From: a virus
Taxonomy: Duplodnaviria > Caudoviricetes
DNA length: 30,901 bases
Virus record (IMG/VR): IMGVR_UViG_3300037424_000229
Coordinates: 1-30,901 of that record
Strand: one strand, 5' to 3'
Positions within the stretch are counted from its first letter, which is position 1. Each line of letters starts with the position of its first letter. Shown here piece after piece: positions 15,108-24,698 of this stretch. A model generated the notes under the pieces. That model was not told where the DNA came from, searched no databases, and saw only the letters and a program-made list of their open reading frames with translations. A program made the position numbers and the translations under genes.

Positions 15108-15138
15108 GGGGGAGGGGCTATTTCACGGCCTCTCCCCC
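15108..15138. terminator. 12-bp GC hairpin, possible terminator or mRNA stabiliser
   Basis: GGGGGAGGGGCT-ATTTCAC-GGCCTCTCCCCC; no + strand T run. Confidence 0.5.
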
Positions 15139-15157
15139 TGAAACGTGAGGAATCGAC

Positions 15158-15544
15158 ATGGCGGAAGCCGGGATATTACCAAACAGAATACCTGTACAGG
15201 CCGCGGCTCAGACGCCCAGTCAGGCAATGATTACCGCACAGAACGGGTCGCCGCAGGCGTCAGCCAGCTTTGCACTGGGGGCAATGTGCGGCACGCACCT
15301 CGTTACCGTGTTCTTCACGGGTACGGCTCCGACTGCCATCACGGCGGTGCTCGCGTTGTCTGAGAACGGCACGGTCTTCGGAACAGCCGCAACCCATGTG
15401 TTCACGGCGACGCAGTTGTCCGAGGGCGCGGCATTATTTCAAGCGAACGTGGAAGGACTGTACGCAAAGGTGACGATCACCTATACGGGCGGAGACGCCA
15501 CGACGCTGGTCAGCGCGACCATGACATCCGCGGCAAGGGGGTAG
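15158..15544 (+). CDS. Virion structural protein (beta-rich)
   Basis: GAGGA SD, 128 aa, Ala/Thr-rich. Confidence 0.65.
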   Translation: MAEAGILPNRIPVQAAAQTPSQAMITAQNGSPQASASFALGAMCGTHLVTVFFTGTAPTAITAVLALSENGTVFGTAATHVFTATQLSEGAALFQANVEGLYAKVTITYTGGDATTLVSATMTSAARG

Positions 15545-15547
15545 CCC

Positions 15548-16075
15548 ATGGATGGTATAAAAGTCTACCGCCTTGCGATTACCGCACCAAAGGTCACTGT
15601 TGACAACGGCAGTGCTGCCGCTCCGTCGTGTGTGGTTGGGCAGGATGGGAACGGATTTTACCGTTACAATTCCAACAACATCGGTCTATCCATAGGCGGA
15701 GCCTTGAAGTGGTTGATTGGGGCTATATTCCAGTCTGGAAGTAGCACTGGGCCCTACATGAACGTCGTAGGCTCTGCGACGCAGCCAGCCTATGGTTTTG
15801 TTGGGGCCGCATTGACTGGAATGACCGTGGTCGCCACCGACGACCTTCGGCTGATTGCAAGCGCTCAGAGCGTGCTTCGGGCGCGCAATCCCACGGGCGT
15901 GGCGAACCAGGGCATTGTCGATGTGCTCGGGTACTCACTCAAGATCTACACTTCAAGCCCTCCGGCGAGCGCTGCCGATACCGGAGAGGCTGGAGAGATC
16001 AGGTGGGACACCGATTACGTGTATGTATGCGTCGCTGCAAACACATGGAAGCGCGCCGCGCTTTCAACCTGGTAG
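15548..16075 (+). CDS. Short fibre-like virion protein
   Basis: NGSAAAPS...GFYR fibre repeats and C-terminal GEIRWDTDYVYVCVAANTWKRAALSTW motif. Confidence 0.75.
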   Translation: MDGIKVYRLAITAPKVTVDNGSAAAPSCVVGQDGNGFYRYNSNNIGLSIGGALKWLIGAIFQSGSSTGPYMNVVGSATQPAYGFVGAALTGMTVVATDDLRLIASAQSVLRARNPTGVANQGIVDVLGYSLKIYTSSPPASAADTGEAGEIRWDTDYVYVCVAANTWKRAALSTW

Positions 16076-16084
16076 GAGGGATTC

Positions 16085-16342
16085 ATGAAGGATTACGAAG
16101 CGCGAAAGGCTGCTGGCGAGGTCGAGGTAGGCAAGGCTCCAGATGGGAGGACATTCCTCTTTATCCGCGAAGGCGGTCAGGCCGCCAAGACCTACCTGGA
16201 GGCAAGTTCCGTACAGGCTGAGATCGACAGGCTTACGGTAGAGGCCGAGCAGCAGGAGGCGGATACGCTTGAGCCCGCGGTCGAGATCCGCGCAAGGGTC
16301 GCCGGGTTCGAGAGCATGAGAAACGACTTGGCCGCAGTGTAA
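16085..16342 (+). CDS. Hypothetical protein (coiled-coil)
   Basis: AGGAGG SD, 85 aa. Confidence 0.7.
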   Translation: MKDYEARKAAGEVEVGKAPDGRTFLFIREGGQAAKTYLEASSVQAEIDRLTVEAEQQEADTLEPAVEIRARVAGFESMRNDLAAV

Positions 16343-16381
16343 GCTGCGTAAAACGAAACACCCGAGGAGGAATAACAGACA

Positions 16382-17029
16382 ATGAGCATACAGGCGGAAG
16401 AGCTTGCAGACGGAGCGTTCGTAACAACCTCTGGCGCGAAGATCGAGTTCAGGTTCATCAAGAAGGCATCGGATCCCGCGAACAAGAACTCCGTTCGCAT
16501 CCCCACCAAAGCACTGCTTGATCGGCACGATATGGTGCCCTGCGACGAGCACGGCAACACGCTCGGTGCGCATTCTGGCGATGTCGAGGAATCCGGCATG
16601 GACGTACTGCGAAAGCAGATGGCCGCCATGCAGACGGACATTGATGCCCGCGAGGCTGCCATAGCGCAGCGTGAAGCCGAGATCACGAACAAGGCCATGG
16701 CAATGGCTGAAAGGATTAAGGATCTGGAGGACCAGCTTGCCGCCGCACGCTCCCAGGGCTTCGGGTCTACCGATGAGGGGAAAGCCATTGACACAAGCTC
16801 CATGACCGAAGACGAGAAGCTGGAACACATCGTGGACGCTATCGGGAACATGGATCCGAAACGCGTCGATCACTGGACATCCGGCAAGCTTCCTCGCGTC
16901 GAAGTGCTGGAGACCATATCCGGGATAGATTACATTACCGGGGACCAGCGCGCGACGGCATGGGAGCGGTTCATGAAGGAAAACCCGAAGTTCGAGATCG
17001 GGCCGTTCAACGCACCGGGGAGAACCTAA
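16382..17029 (+). CDS. Hypothetical phage protein with coiled coil and C-terminal HWTSGKLPRVEVL motif
   Basis: GAGGAGG SD; position before the adaptor. Confidence 0.7.
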   Translation: MSIQAEELADGAFVTTSGAKIEFRFIKKASDPANKNSVRIPTKALLDRHDMVPCDEHGNTLGAHSGDVEESGMDVLRKQMAAMQTDIDAREAAIAQREAEITNKAMAMAERIKDLEDQLAAARSQGFGSTDEGKAIDTSSMTEDEKLEHIVDAIGNMDPKRVDHWTSGKLPRVEVLETISGIDYITGDQRATAWERFMKENPKFEIGPFNAPGRT

Positions 17030-17032
17030 CCC

Positions 17033-18025
17033 GTGACCGTGGGCGAATTCATAAGCGCGTTCACGACGAAGCTCCTTGACGACAACGTCGGTATAGACGC
17101 AGACAAGGCATGGACCGAGGCTGACAAGTATGGCTATCTCAACTCCGCGCTCAGGGCATTTTGCCGTGAGGCATACGGGATCATTGACCCGAACACGGTT
17201 GATGAGACCTTGGCCACGGGCGCGATCACGCTGACCGGGGCCACCGGGAGTATCAGCAAGGTCGAAGTCAACGGGGTGGTGATCACGTCCGGGCCTGTGG
17301 CATTTGACACAGACCTAACCACGACTGCGGCAAATCTCGCCAACAACATCAACGCCCACACGAGCAGCCCGAACTACACGGCGACTGCGGCGCTCGCGGT
17401 CGTAACCATATCGGCGGTGCCTGGCACCGGGTCGAACCCCAATACGTATGCGGTCGAGACCACGACCGGAGCCGGAGACCTTGCGGCGGCCAATGCCTCG
17501 ATGAGCGGTGGGAATGCGCTCACAAGGATTTACATCGTTCCTGGGCAGGCGCTCTACCAGCTCGACACGCGGATACGCAAAGTGCTGAACGCCAGGCTGA
17601 GTTCGAAGACCAGCCCTATGGCGAAGTACGACGTTGACCAGCTCAGTAGCCTCACCTATGCGTGGGAGAGCCGGGAAGGCGTGGCGAATGGGTACGTGCT
17701 CGACTTTAAGGACGGATGGTTGAGACTGGATCGCGTTCCCCTTGTGGCTGACACGATAGAGCTTCGCGTGCAGCGCGACCCGCTCAAGCGGTATGCGACC
17801 ACGGACAGCGCTGATGTGATTGAACTCCCGGAGGACTCAGAGGACGCGATCATGGAGTACATGGCATGGCGCGCCTACATGAAGAACGACGAGGAGGCAT
17901 TCAGGCCGGACAAGGCGAACATGCACAAGACGACGTGGGATGAGATGGTTACAGACCTTGCGGCCCGGAAGATCCGCAAAACATATCACGGCGGCGGGAT
18001 CAGGCCGCGGCTGGCTCACACGTAG
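17033..18025 (+). CDS. Head-tail adaptor/gatekeeper (DUF6682-like) with inserted domain
   Basis: WTEADKYGYLNSALRAFCR N-terminus and IMEYMAWRAYMKNDEE C-terminus; GTG start with GGGAG SD. Confidence 0.75.
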   Translation: MTVGEFISAFTTKLLDDNVGIDADKAWTEADKYGYLNSALRAFCREAYGIIDPNTVDETLATGAITLTGATGSISKVEVNGVVITSGPVAFDTDLTTTAANLANNINAHTSSPNYTATAALAVVTISAVPGTGSNPNTYAVETTTGAGDLAAANASMSGGNALTRIYIVPGQALYQLDTRIRKVLNARLSSKTSPMAKYDVDQLSSLTYAWESREGVANGYVLDFKDGWLRLDRVPLVADTIELRVQRDPLKRYATTDSADVIELPEDSEDAIMEYMAWRAYMKNDEEAFRPDKANMHKTTWDEMVTDLAARKIRKTYHGGGIRPRLAHT

Positions 18026-18033
18026 AGGCGAAA

Positions 18034-18975
18034 ATGGTCAAGGTGCTGAGATATAAGGGATTCCGTGGCATATCCGAGGAGGATGTGCGCGGGGTCTCTG
18101 CGTCCGGCGACCTGAGTGTTTGTGAGAACGTGGACCTTCACGATGAGTTCAACCCAATCACTCGCGATGGGTATTCCGCAGCCAAGGTGGCTGGTGTCTT
18201 CCATAGCTTGGCCGCTTTTGGCCAGATATGCCTGGCGGTGAAGGATGGAGCGCTTGTGCGCGTCAACCCGAACTACTCAATCGAGGAGATGCTGGCCGGG
18301 GTCGGGCCGCTGCGCGTGGATTACGCGGAGGTGAACGAGGTTGTCTACTTCACGAACCCATTTGCCAACGGCATGGTCGTGGACGGGCGGTACGAGGCGT
18401 ATGTGGAGCCCGAGAGTGTGTACGACGAGATCACGGACGAGAGTGGAGCCGGTAGCGGCATTCCATCGCCAAAGATCAAGCCACCCAAGGGGCACATGCT
18501 CTGCTACCACAACGGACGGCTTTATGTGGCTGTGGGTTCGATCATCTACTACTCGGACAGCATGAATCTGAGGTCATTCGACGAGGAGCAGGCGATCCCG
18601 CTTGGCGGGATTCTCAGGCTTATGCGCCCAGTCAGCGACGGGATATATATCAGCGACGGGACAGGGACATACTTCATGGCAGGGCGAGACGCCGACGACA
18701 TGGCCCTCGTGAAGCTCACTGACGCGAACGCTGTTCCATTCGCCTCTACCATGGTCGAGGATGGCAGCGTGGTGGTGGGCGAAGACACGATCAGGGGCAG
18801 GGCAGTGGTGTGGGCCTCGGACGAAGGCATGTGCATTGGGGCAGACGGAGGGGTATTCATAAATCTCACGAGCAGGCGCTATCGGATGCCGTCAGGCATG
18901 GCCGATGGATACGCATATCACCGCAAACACGCTGGCGGACTGTCACAGGTTATCGCCGGGGTGAACACCATTTAG
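18034..18975 (+). CDS. Tail nozzle/tubular-B-like protein
   Basis: FRGI...ENVDL...RDGY start and HNGRLYVAVGSIIYYSD motif; follows the adaptor. Confidence 0.65.
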   Translation: MVKVLRYKGFRGISEEDVRGVSASGDLSVCENVDLHDEFNPITRDGYSAAKVAGVFHSLAAFGQICLAVKDGALVRVNPNYSIEEMLAGVGPLRVDYAEVNEVVYFTNPFANGMVVDGRYEAYVEPESVYDEITDESGAGSGIPSPKIKPPKGHMLCYHNGRLYVAVGSIIYYSDSMNLRSFDEEQAIPLGGILRLMRPVSDGIYISDGTGTYFMAGRDADDMALVKLTDANAVPFASTMVEDGSVVVGEDTIRGRAVVWASDEGMCIGADGGVFINLTSRRYRMPSGMADGYAYHRKHAGGLSQVIAGVNTI

Positions 18976-18988
18976 GGAGGCGTAACGC

Positions 18989-19762
18989 ATGGCAACGCAG
19001 AAATTCAAGTTCTCAACAGGGATCAGAGACGCCGCGCTCGGGACGGCCAAGTTCGGCAAGGCGAGCTACCGCGAGCAGATGCAGGGCATGGTGCTCAAGA
19101 TTTTCAGCGGGGCAGCACCTGCCAGCGTGGACGATGCGCAGACGGGCACGCTCCTCTGCACGATCACGAACAACGCAGCAACCGTGGCGGCCAAGCAGAA
19201 ACTCTCGATAGCCATCACGCCCGTCAACGCCGCGACGTACACCGTGACCATCGACGGCGTGGCCATCAGCTACACGGCAGACGGCACCGCTACGGCAGCC
19301 GAGATCTGTGACGGGCTCGTGGCATTTATTAATGCCGTCACCCTCGGGGTCGTGGCGAGCAACGACGGCAGCGACAACCTCCTGATCGAGGCCGGGACCG
19401 CGGGCGTCCCGTTCGAGTACGCGGTCACTGACGACGACACCGGGACGAACCTCGTCGTGACCGTGGCGGTGGAGGACGCCTACGGGCTCCACTTCGAGAC
19501 CGATGCCCTGGCAACGGATGGGGAGCTTGAGAAGGACGCCGCGCAGATATGGAGCGGAATCAACGCAGCTACCGGGACTGCCGGATACGCGAGGTTTGTT
19601 GAAGTCGGCGATGCTGGCGGAGCCTCGACCACTGCAAAGCGCGTGCAGGGCGCGGTGAATACCGCGAACGCTCCTGTAGAAGTGTCCAGTGTGTCGTTCG
19701 TGGTCGCTGCCTACACGAACATTACTGCCTTCAAGTTGACGCTCCCGGAAGTCTCGGCATAG
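18989..19762 (+). CDS. Virion/tail structural protein with inserted domain
   Basis: STGIRDA..., LKIFSGAAPAS.DDA.TGTLL and WSGINAATGTAGYARF motifs typical of phage structural proteins. Confidence 0.7.
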   Translation: MATQKFKFSTGIRDAALGTAKFGKASYREQMQGMVLKIFSGAAPASVDDAQTGTLLCTITNNAATVAAKQKLSIAITPVNAATYTVTIDGVAISYTADGTATAAEICDGLVAFINAVTLGVVASNDGSDNLLIEAGTAGVPFEYAVTDDDTGTNLVVTVAVEDAYGLHFETDALATDGELEKDAAQIWSGINAATGTAGYARFVEVGDAGGASTTAKRVQGAVNTANAPVEVSSVSFVVAAYTNITAFKLTLPEVSA

Positions 19763-19769
19763 AGGACTG

Positions 19770-21863
19770 ATGTCACGGATCCGCTTGATAGGTGACGCCG
19801 TTGTGGCGGCAGGGTACGCCGGGTTCGCCCGGAAGAAGGCCCGCGCCATGCAGGACGGCTTGATCCGCAGCGAGAAGGCCAGCGCGGTCAAGAAAATCCA
19901 GATGCACAATGCCGTGATCCGCATTCTTGCGAGCCCGAAGGGCTATAGCGTGACAATCGAGGGTAAGGGAAAGAAGCTGTATATCATCGCTGCCGTAGGT
20001 GAAACCACCGCGACGTGGGGGCCGGAAACGCGGAAGTTCTATGCTCCAGATGGTACGGAGGTTCAGGAGCCAAAGGACATCCGCATATTCGATGATGGCA
20101 AGTACGTGCAGGACACGGCCGTGGTTGATTCTGACGACCCGGATGCACTCATCTACGCCTACGACCCGAGCGGGGTCGGTGTCGCGGCCACGATCAACAG
20201 CGGCATGGCTGCCCTGAAGGTTGAGGAAAGGACCGTGCGGTACATTCTCAATCAGGCAATGGAGGATGAAGTACATGATTTTCACGGTGACAGCATATGG
20301 GGAGTCGCTTCCTACAATTACTGTGCTGCCGATGTTTCGGCAATCTATGCCCCGTGGAAGCTCAAGGGCAAGGCAGGCATGGTGAGGTATGCCGGTGACG
20401 AGATAATATCCTTGCACCATCTTTGGTCAGGTCAACTAGGCATTGTTGCAACATCAGACAACGTCCAAAGCGGCTCGTTCGCCGACAACTCACCGAGGGC
20501 CGCGCGCATCTACCGTCAGGCCATTGGAAGCAAGGTTGGTCGTGAGTATATCGAACTGGAGTGTGGGCGCGATCCGGTGGTGCTCGCGACAAAACAGTTC
20601 GGCAGCGCGCCGGAAGTGGAGATCGTGCGCGCGGTTGATTTTGACTGGTTCGGCGGGACGAGCAAGGTCTACGACTATACCGGCGTCACGACACTCTCCA
20701 CCCCGCCTGCGGTTCCCGTAGACGGCGAGACGCATATCGTCGGAGAGGCCCCCACCGGGGCGTGGGCGTCAATTATCCCAGGAACGGCAGTCAGATGGAA
20801 CGCAGCGGGTCCGTATTGGGTAGCTGGCACCCGGATGCTCGCCCCATTCAAGCAGGAGAAATATTCCTTCACTGATCCCAAGACGGACGTGGATGAGTGG
20901 ACAAGATGCTCTGATCCTGCGAACGACACCTGCCATTACCTTCTGCCCGGACTGTCAAGCGGTGTGGAAACTATATCCGATGATGTGCTGCTCCCATTCG
21001 GGATCGGGCCTGATGGACTGACCGGAGTGAGGAACAGGAAGGCCAGCGACATGGCAACGGCGAACATGGCTGTTGTGTGTAATGGACAGGTCGTGGAGGC
21101 TACGGGCGACCTCGATACGGTAGTGCTTCACAGCACAGACGCCTACGGCCCGGTCATCATACTCCCGGTCAGGTTTGAGGTCATACACTCGCACCACGAT
21201 GGACATCACAACGCCGTGGTGTTCCGTAAGACCACGGTACAGGAATACTCAAGCGAACTCCTGCCGTACAAGATGTGGAACTCGGGGATTGGGGCGAACG
21301 CCCAAGTCCGCAAGACCACGGTTCGCTCGATCATGACGTACCACATCAACGTGAATGGGATCACGCACGATCTCCCGTATACCTGTGAAATCCGCGAGTA
21401 CATCATGACACTCGCGCCCGACGCCTATTCAGGGCCAGCTGTGCCGACTTTATCCTTCCTGCACACGAATCCCTGGGTTGACGTGGGGTACGATGCTGAC
21501 GGTGTGGAGCTTGACGGAAGCGACGCGAACCGGAACATGACGCGCGTATTCACCTCCGCGACGCCCGGACTCCTCATCCTCGCGGTCGATGCATTCCCGG
21601 TGAAGTACCGTCACAGCCTGAATCAGAAGGCAGTGCTTTACGATGCGATTACCTATCAGGCGCTCGTACCTGAGTATGACGAGGTAGTGAGTCCGAAAAA
21701 CTGGCCGACTACATCTGACGGAGATTACCCAGATGCCCCTGACCGGCTGTGGAGGCTCTTCCATCGTGGCGGCGGGCATGTGATGGATGCCAAAACTCCA
21801 ATGAAGGCCGATGGCGTCACCGCATGGAATCGCGTGAACGGCCTCGCGCTTGTGGAGGTGTAG
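19770..21863 (+). CDS. Tail-associated protein
   Basis: 697-aa ORF in the tail block, GAGGA SD; internal DUF2793-like motif. Confidence 0.7.
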   Translation: MSRIRLIGDAVVAAGYAGFARKKARAMQDGLIRSEKASAVKKIQMHNAVIRILASPKGYSVTIEGKGKKLYIIAAVGETTATWGPETRKFYAPDGTEVQEPKDIRIFDDGKYVQDTAVVDSDDPDALIYAYDPSGVGVAATINSGMAALKVEERTVRYILNQAMEDEVHDFHGDSIWGVASYNYCAADVSAIYAPWKLKGKAGMVRYAGDEIISLHHLWSGQLGIVATSDNVQSGSFADNSPRAARIYRQAIGSKVGREYIELECGRDPVVLATKQFGSAPEVEIVRAVDFDWFGGTSKVYDYTGVTTLSTPPAVPVDGETHIVGEAPTGAWASIIPGTAVRWNAAGPYWVAGTRMLAPFKQEKYSFTDPKTDVDEWTRCSDPANDTCHYLLPGLSSGVETISDDVLLPFGIGPDGLTGVRNRKASDMATANMAVVCNGQVVEATGDLDTVVLHSTDAYGPVIILPVRFEVIHSHHDGHHNAVVFRKTTVQEYSSELLPYKMWNSGIGANAQVRKTTVRSIMTYHINVNGITHDLPYTCEIREYIMTLAPDAYSGPAVPTLSFLHTNPWVDVGYDADGVELDGSDANRNMTRVFTSATPGLLILAVDAFPVKYRHSLNQKAVLYDAITYQALVPEYDEVVSPKNWPTTSDGDYPDAPDRLWRLFHRGGGHVMDAKTPMKADGVTAWNRVNGLALVEV

Positions 21864-21864
21864 G

Positions 21865-24102
21865 ATGCCACAGGACGACAATTTCACACTGCCATGGTAC
21901 GCAATCCCAACAGGGGAATCCTATACCCTTCCTGATGGGAGTACGTTTACGAAGTACAGCCTTGCCCCAGTGGGGGCAGGGAACACGGATCCTATGGACC
22001 CTGCGAGCGGGAACGCAAATAAGCCAAGCAATGCGGCACAGGCAACGCCGGGCACCGTCCCGTACACGAAGCCCGTCTACCCATATGCTGAGTTCACGTA
22101 CAAAGAGATCAGCAGCGGGAAGGTGGAGTTCAAGGATGCGAGCATAGGGTATCCGTCCAAATATCACTGGGAGTTTGGTGACGGCTCCACCTCCACCGTG
22201 CCATCGCCGACACACAAGTATCAGATCCCTGGGTCATATGAAGTCTACCTCTCAGTGACCACGGAGAAGGGCACGAATACGAAGGGCGCTACCGTCACTG
22301 TGGCTGGAACCGTCTCCCCAAGTATCGCATTCACCGCGCATAAGGCAGGTCTCACGGTCACGTTCGCCGATGCGTCCACGGGGGTTCCATCAGGTGCAGG
22401 CTTGCAATGGGATTTTGGTGATGGGACAACAGGGAGTGGGCTGAATCCAGTTCATGAATATCAGGAGGCTGGAGCATACACCGTTACGCTTGATGCTGGA
22501 GCCTATGGCACTTCATCCCAGGCACTGAATGTGGTGGACCAACAGTTCACGGACGATCTTCTATTCAGCTTCGATAATGCCGATGGTGTGTCGGCTGCAA
22601 CGTACACTCCCGATAGCGGAGACCCCGCCTATGTTGTGCAGGGTGCAGGGACTACAAACCCCGCCCTCGTTTACATCAGCGGCGGTAAGATAACCCTTTC
22701 GGGCGTCTATGTCGGGCTGCAATGGTACCCAGACATATCCGCATTGCCATCCACAAGGAACTCGAATCCGTCAGATTGGCGACAGCTTAAAGTAAAGGTT
22801 GCGCTCACTGGCGATGGGTATTTAGGCGCGTGGATGTATGACCTCGGTTTTGATATAGATGGCGGCTTTATCACTGAAATTTACTGTGGAAGCGTCTATC
22901 TGGCCGGGTCATCTGGAATTGCCGCAGGATCGGGGCAGACCGTAGTGCTGGCCGCGAACGATATACTGAAAAAATATTACCTCTTCGTAGACGATGTGCT
23001 TGAGTTGGAGGGATCATACACCGGGACGTTCGACCCTTATCAGAGGCCACATATTGCTGTTTCCACTGATGCTGCTGGCGGCACAATCACGCTGTACGAG
23101 TTCTCGGCCTCAAGCGAGGAGTACGTGGAGGTGCTGAACGAATCGAGAATCCCCGCTGCCGCATTTGCGATAAGCCCAAAGACCGGGGATGCACCGCTCA
23201 CAGTGCAGTTTGATAATAACTCGCTCAGGGCGGATTCATACGTGTGGGAGTTTGGGGATGGATCAACGAGCACGGCGGAGAACCCGTCGCACGTTTACGC
23301 GAATGGAGGTATCTACGCTGCCAGGCTGACGGCAACGAATACTGAGTCCGGGCTCACGAGCACCTATATCATGTCGATCACGGTTGAATCCGTGGCTCTG
23401 GAGCTTGCGTTCTATACCCCAGTGGCGAAGTTCACGCCATCCCTTTATGTGGCCGAGCAGGGGCAGGTCGTGAGCTTCATAAACACGACCACGGGCGCGT
23501 TCACGAGTGCATGGGATTTCGGAGATGGCGGAACGTCAACAGTGAAATCTCCGTCGCATGTGTTCCAGAGTCCGGGTAATTACAATGTAGCGCTCACGGT
23601 GACTGATTCCGTCACCGGGCTGTCAACATCGTTCAGGATACCGATCATGATCGTGGCCGTAGGAGCGTCTACGTCTCACTCCGACGCCGCCCCAATAGTT
23701 GAGGCCATCGCAGACACGCGAAGCATCCTGAAGGGCGGGGTGGTGGAGTTCTCGGCAAGCGCCACGAACCCGGTTGATTCCTACGCATGGGACTTCGGCG
23801 ACGGATACGCTGCCAGCGGGGCAGCGGCATCCCACTCATATCAAACAGCCGGGACATACACCGTCACCCTGACCACGACGAACTCCAAGGGGACATCCAT
23901 ACAGACGTTCTCGGTCGAGGTGGCTGACGTGAAGTTCGCTGGAACGGGGCTCGCGCTGTACTACCTGATCGACAAGGTGAACCATCGAGTGCATATTTTC
24001 GACTCCGCGGGAAAGCTCACGGGATCATTCGGCGGGCTTGGGAGCGGAGACGGAGAATTTATCAATCCAACGGCAGTGCTGCCGATAGTGGCGAAAACAT
24101 AA
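21865..24102 (+). CDS. PKD-repeat virion protein (5 PKD domains, central unknown domain, one C-terminal NHL repeat)
   Basis: Five W(D/E)FGDG...H.Y/F...G.Y motifs; ATG 21865 with GGAGG SD. Confidence 0.9.
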   Translation: MPQDDNFTLPWYAIPTGESYTLPDGSTFTKYSLAPVGAGNTDPMDPASGNANKPSNAAQATPGTVPYTKPVYPYAEFTYKEISSGKVEFKDASIGYPSKYHWEFGDGSTSTVPSPTHKYQIPGSYEVYLSVTTEKGTNTKGATVTVAGTVSPSIAFTAHKAGLTVTFADASTGVPSGAGLQWDFGDGTTGSGLNPVHEYQEAGAYTVTLDAGAYGTSSQALNVVDQQFTDDLLFSFDNADGVSAATYTPDSGDPAYVVQGAGTTNPALVYISGGKITLSGVYVGLQWYPDISALPSTRNSNPSDWRQLKVKVALTGDGYLGAWMYDLGFDIDGGFITEIYCGSVYLAGSSGIAAGSGQTVVLAANDILKKYYLFVDDVLELEGSYTGTFDPYQRPHIAVSTDAAGGTITLYEFSASSEEYVEVLNESRIPAAAFAISPKTGDAPLTVQFDNNSLRADSYVWEFGDGSTSTAENPSHVYANGGIYAARLTATNTESGLTSTYIMSITVESVALELAFYTPVAKFTPSLYVAEQGQVVSFINTTTGAFTSAWDFGDGGTSTVKSPSHVFQSPGNYNVALTVTDSVTGLSTSFRIPIMIVAVGASTSHSDAAPIVEAIADTRSILKGGVVEFSASATNPVDSYAWDFGDGYAASGAAASHSYQTAGTYTVTLTTTNSKGTSIQTFSVEVADVKFAGTGLALYYLIDKVNHRVHIFDSAGKLTGSFGGLGSGDGEFINPTAVLPIVAKT

Positions 24103-24111
24103 GGAGACCAT

Positions 24112-24291
24112 ATGGGATCGACGACTGATAACTTCGAATTCTACCTTCCCGATCTAGGCGAAGTGGGAACATCGTGGTATGACGATGTGAACGCCAACTT
24201 CACGAAGTTGGATGGGATGCTCGACACGATTCTGACCAAGGACAATGAAGTCCTTATCAAGGACGGGAACGTCCTGTTCAAACCAGCATAA
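24112..24291 (+). CDS. 59-aa protein resembling a tail-fibre N-terminal anchor segment (not in the ORF track)
   Basis: MGSTTDNFEFYLPDLGEVGTSWYDDVNANFTKLDGMLDTILTKDNEVLIKDGNVLFKPA; AAGGAG SD; fills the gap exactly. Confidence 0.8.
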   Translation: MGSTTDNFEFYLPDLGEVGTSWYDDVNANFTKLDGMLDTILTKDNEVLIKDGNVLFKPA

Positions 24292-24297
24292 GGAGAT

Positions 24298-24690
24298 ATG
24301 ACCATGAGTGATGCCCGGACAGAACTGGACGCAAGGCTCGCAACCGTTACAGGGATCGACGCGAAAACCATCGCCACGACCTCGCTCTACACCGTGCCCA
24401 CGGGCAAGACGTTTATCCCCACAAAGGTGGTGATCCGCGTTACGGCCTTCACGGTAGGAGCAAAGGCGGTGCAGGCTGCATTCACGCTCGGCGGCAACGG
24501 AGCATTCGATGACTTCAAGGCATCGAGCAACCCGACCATCAGTGCCCTCGGGCAGGTGGCGATTATGACTGCTGAGAACGCCGCCTTCGCACAGCAGGAT
24601 GCTGGAGACGTGTTTTCCATCGACATTGCTACCGCCTCGGACGCCACGACCGAGACCTGGGCCGTAGACGTGTTCGGATACCTCATCTAG
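24298..24690 (+). CDS. Virion structural protein (beta-sandwich)
   Basis: AAGGAG SD; LYTVPTGKTFI...VDVFGYLI pattern. Confidence 0.75.
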   Translation: MTMSDARTELDARLATVTGIDAKTIATTSLYTVPTGKTFIPTKVVIRVTAFTVGAKAVQAAFTLGGNGAFDDFKASSNPTISALGQVAIMTAENAAFAQQDAGDVFSIDIATASDATTETWAVDVFGYLI

Positions 24691-24698
24691 AGGACTGA

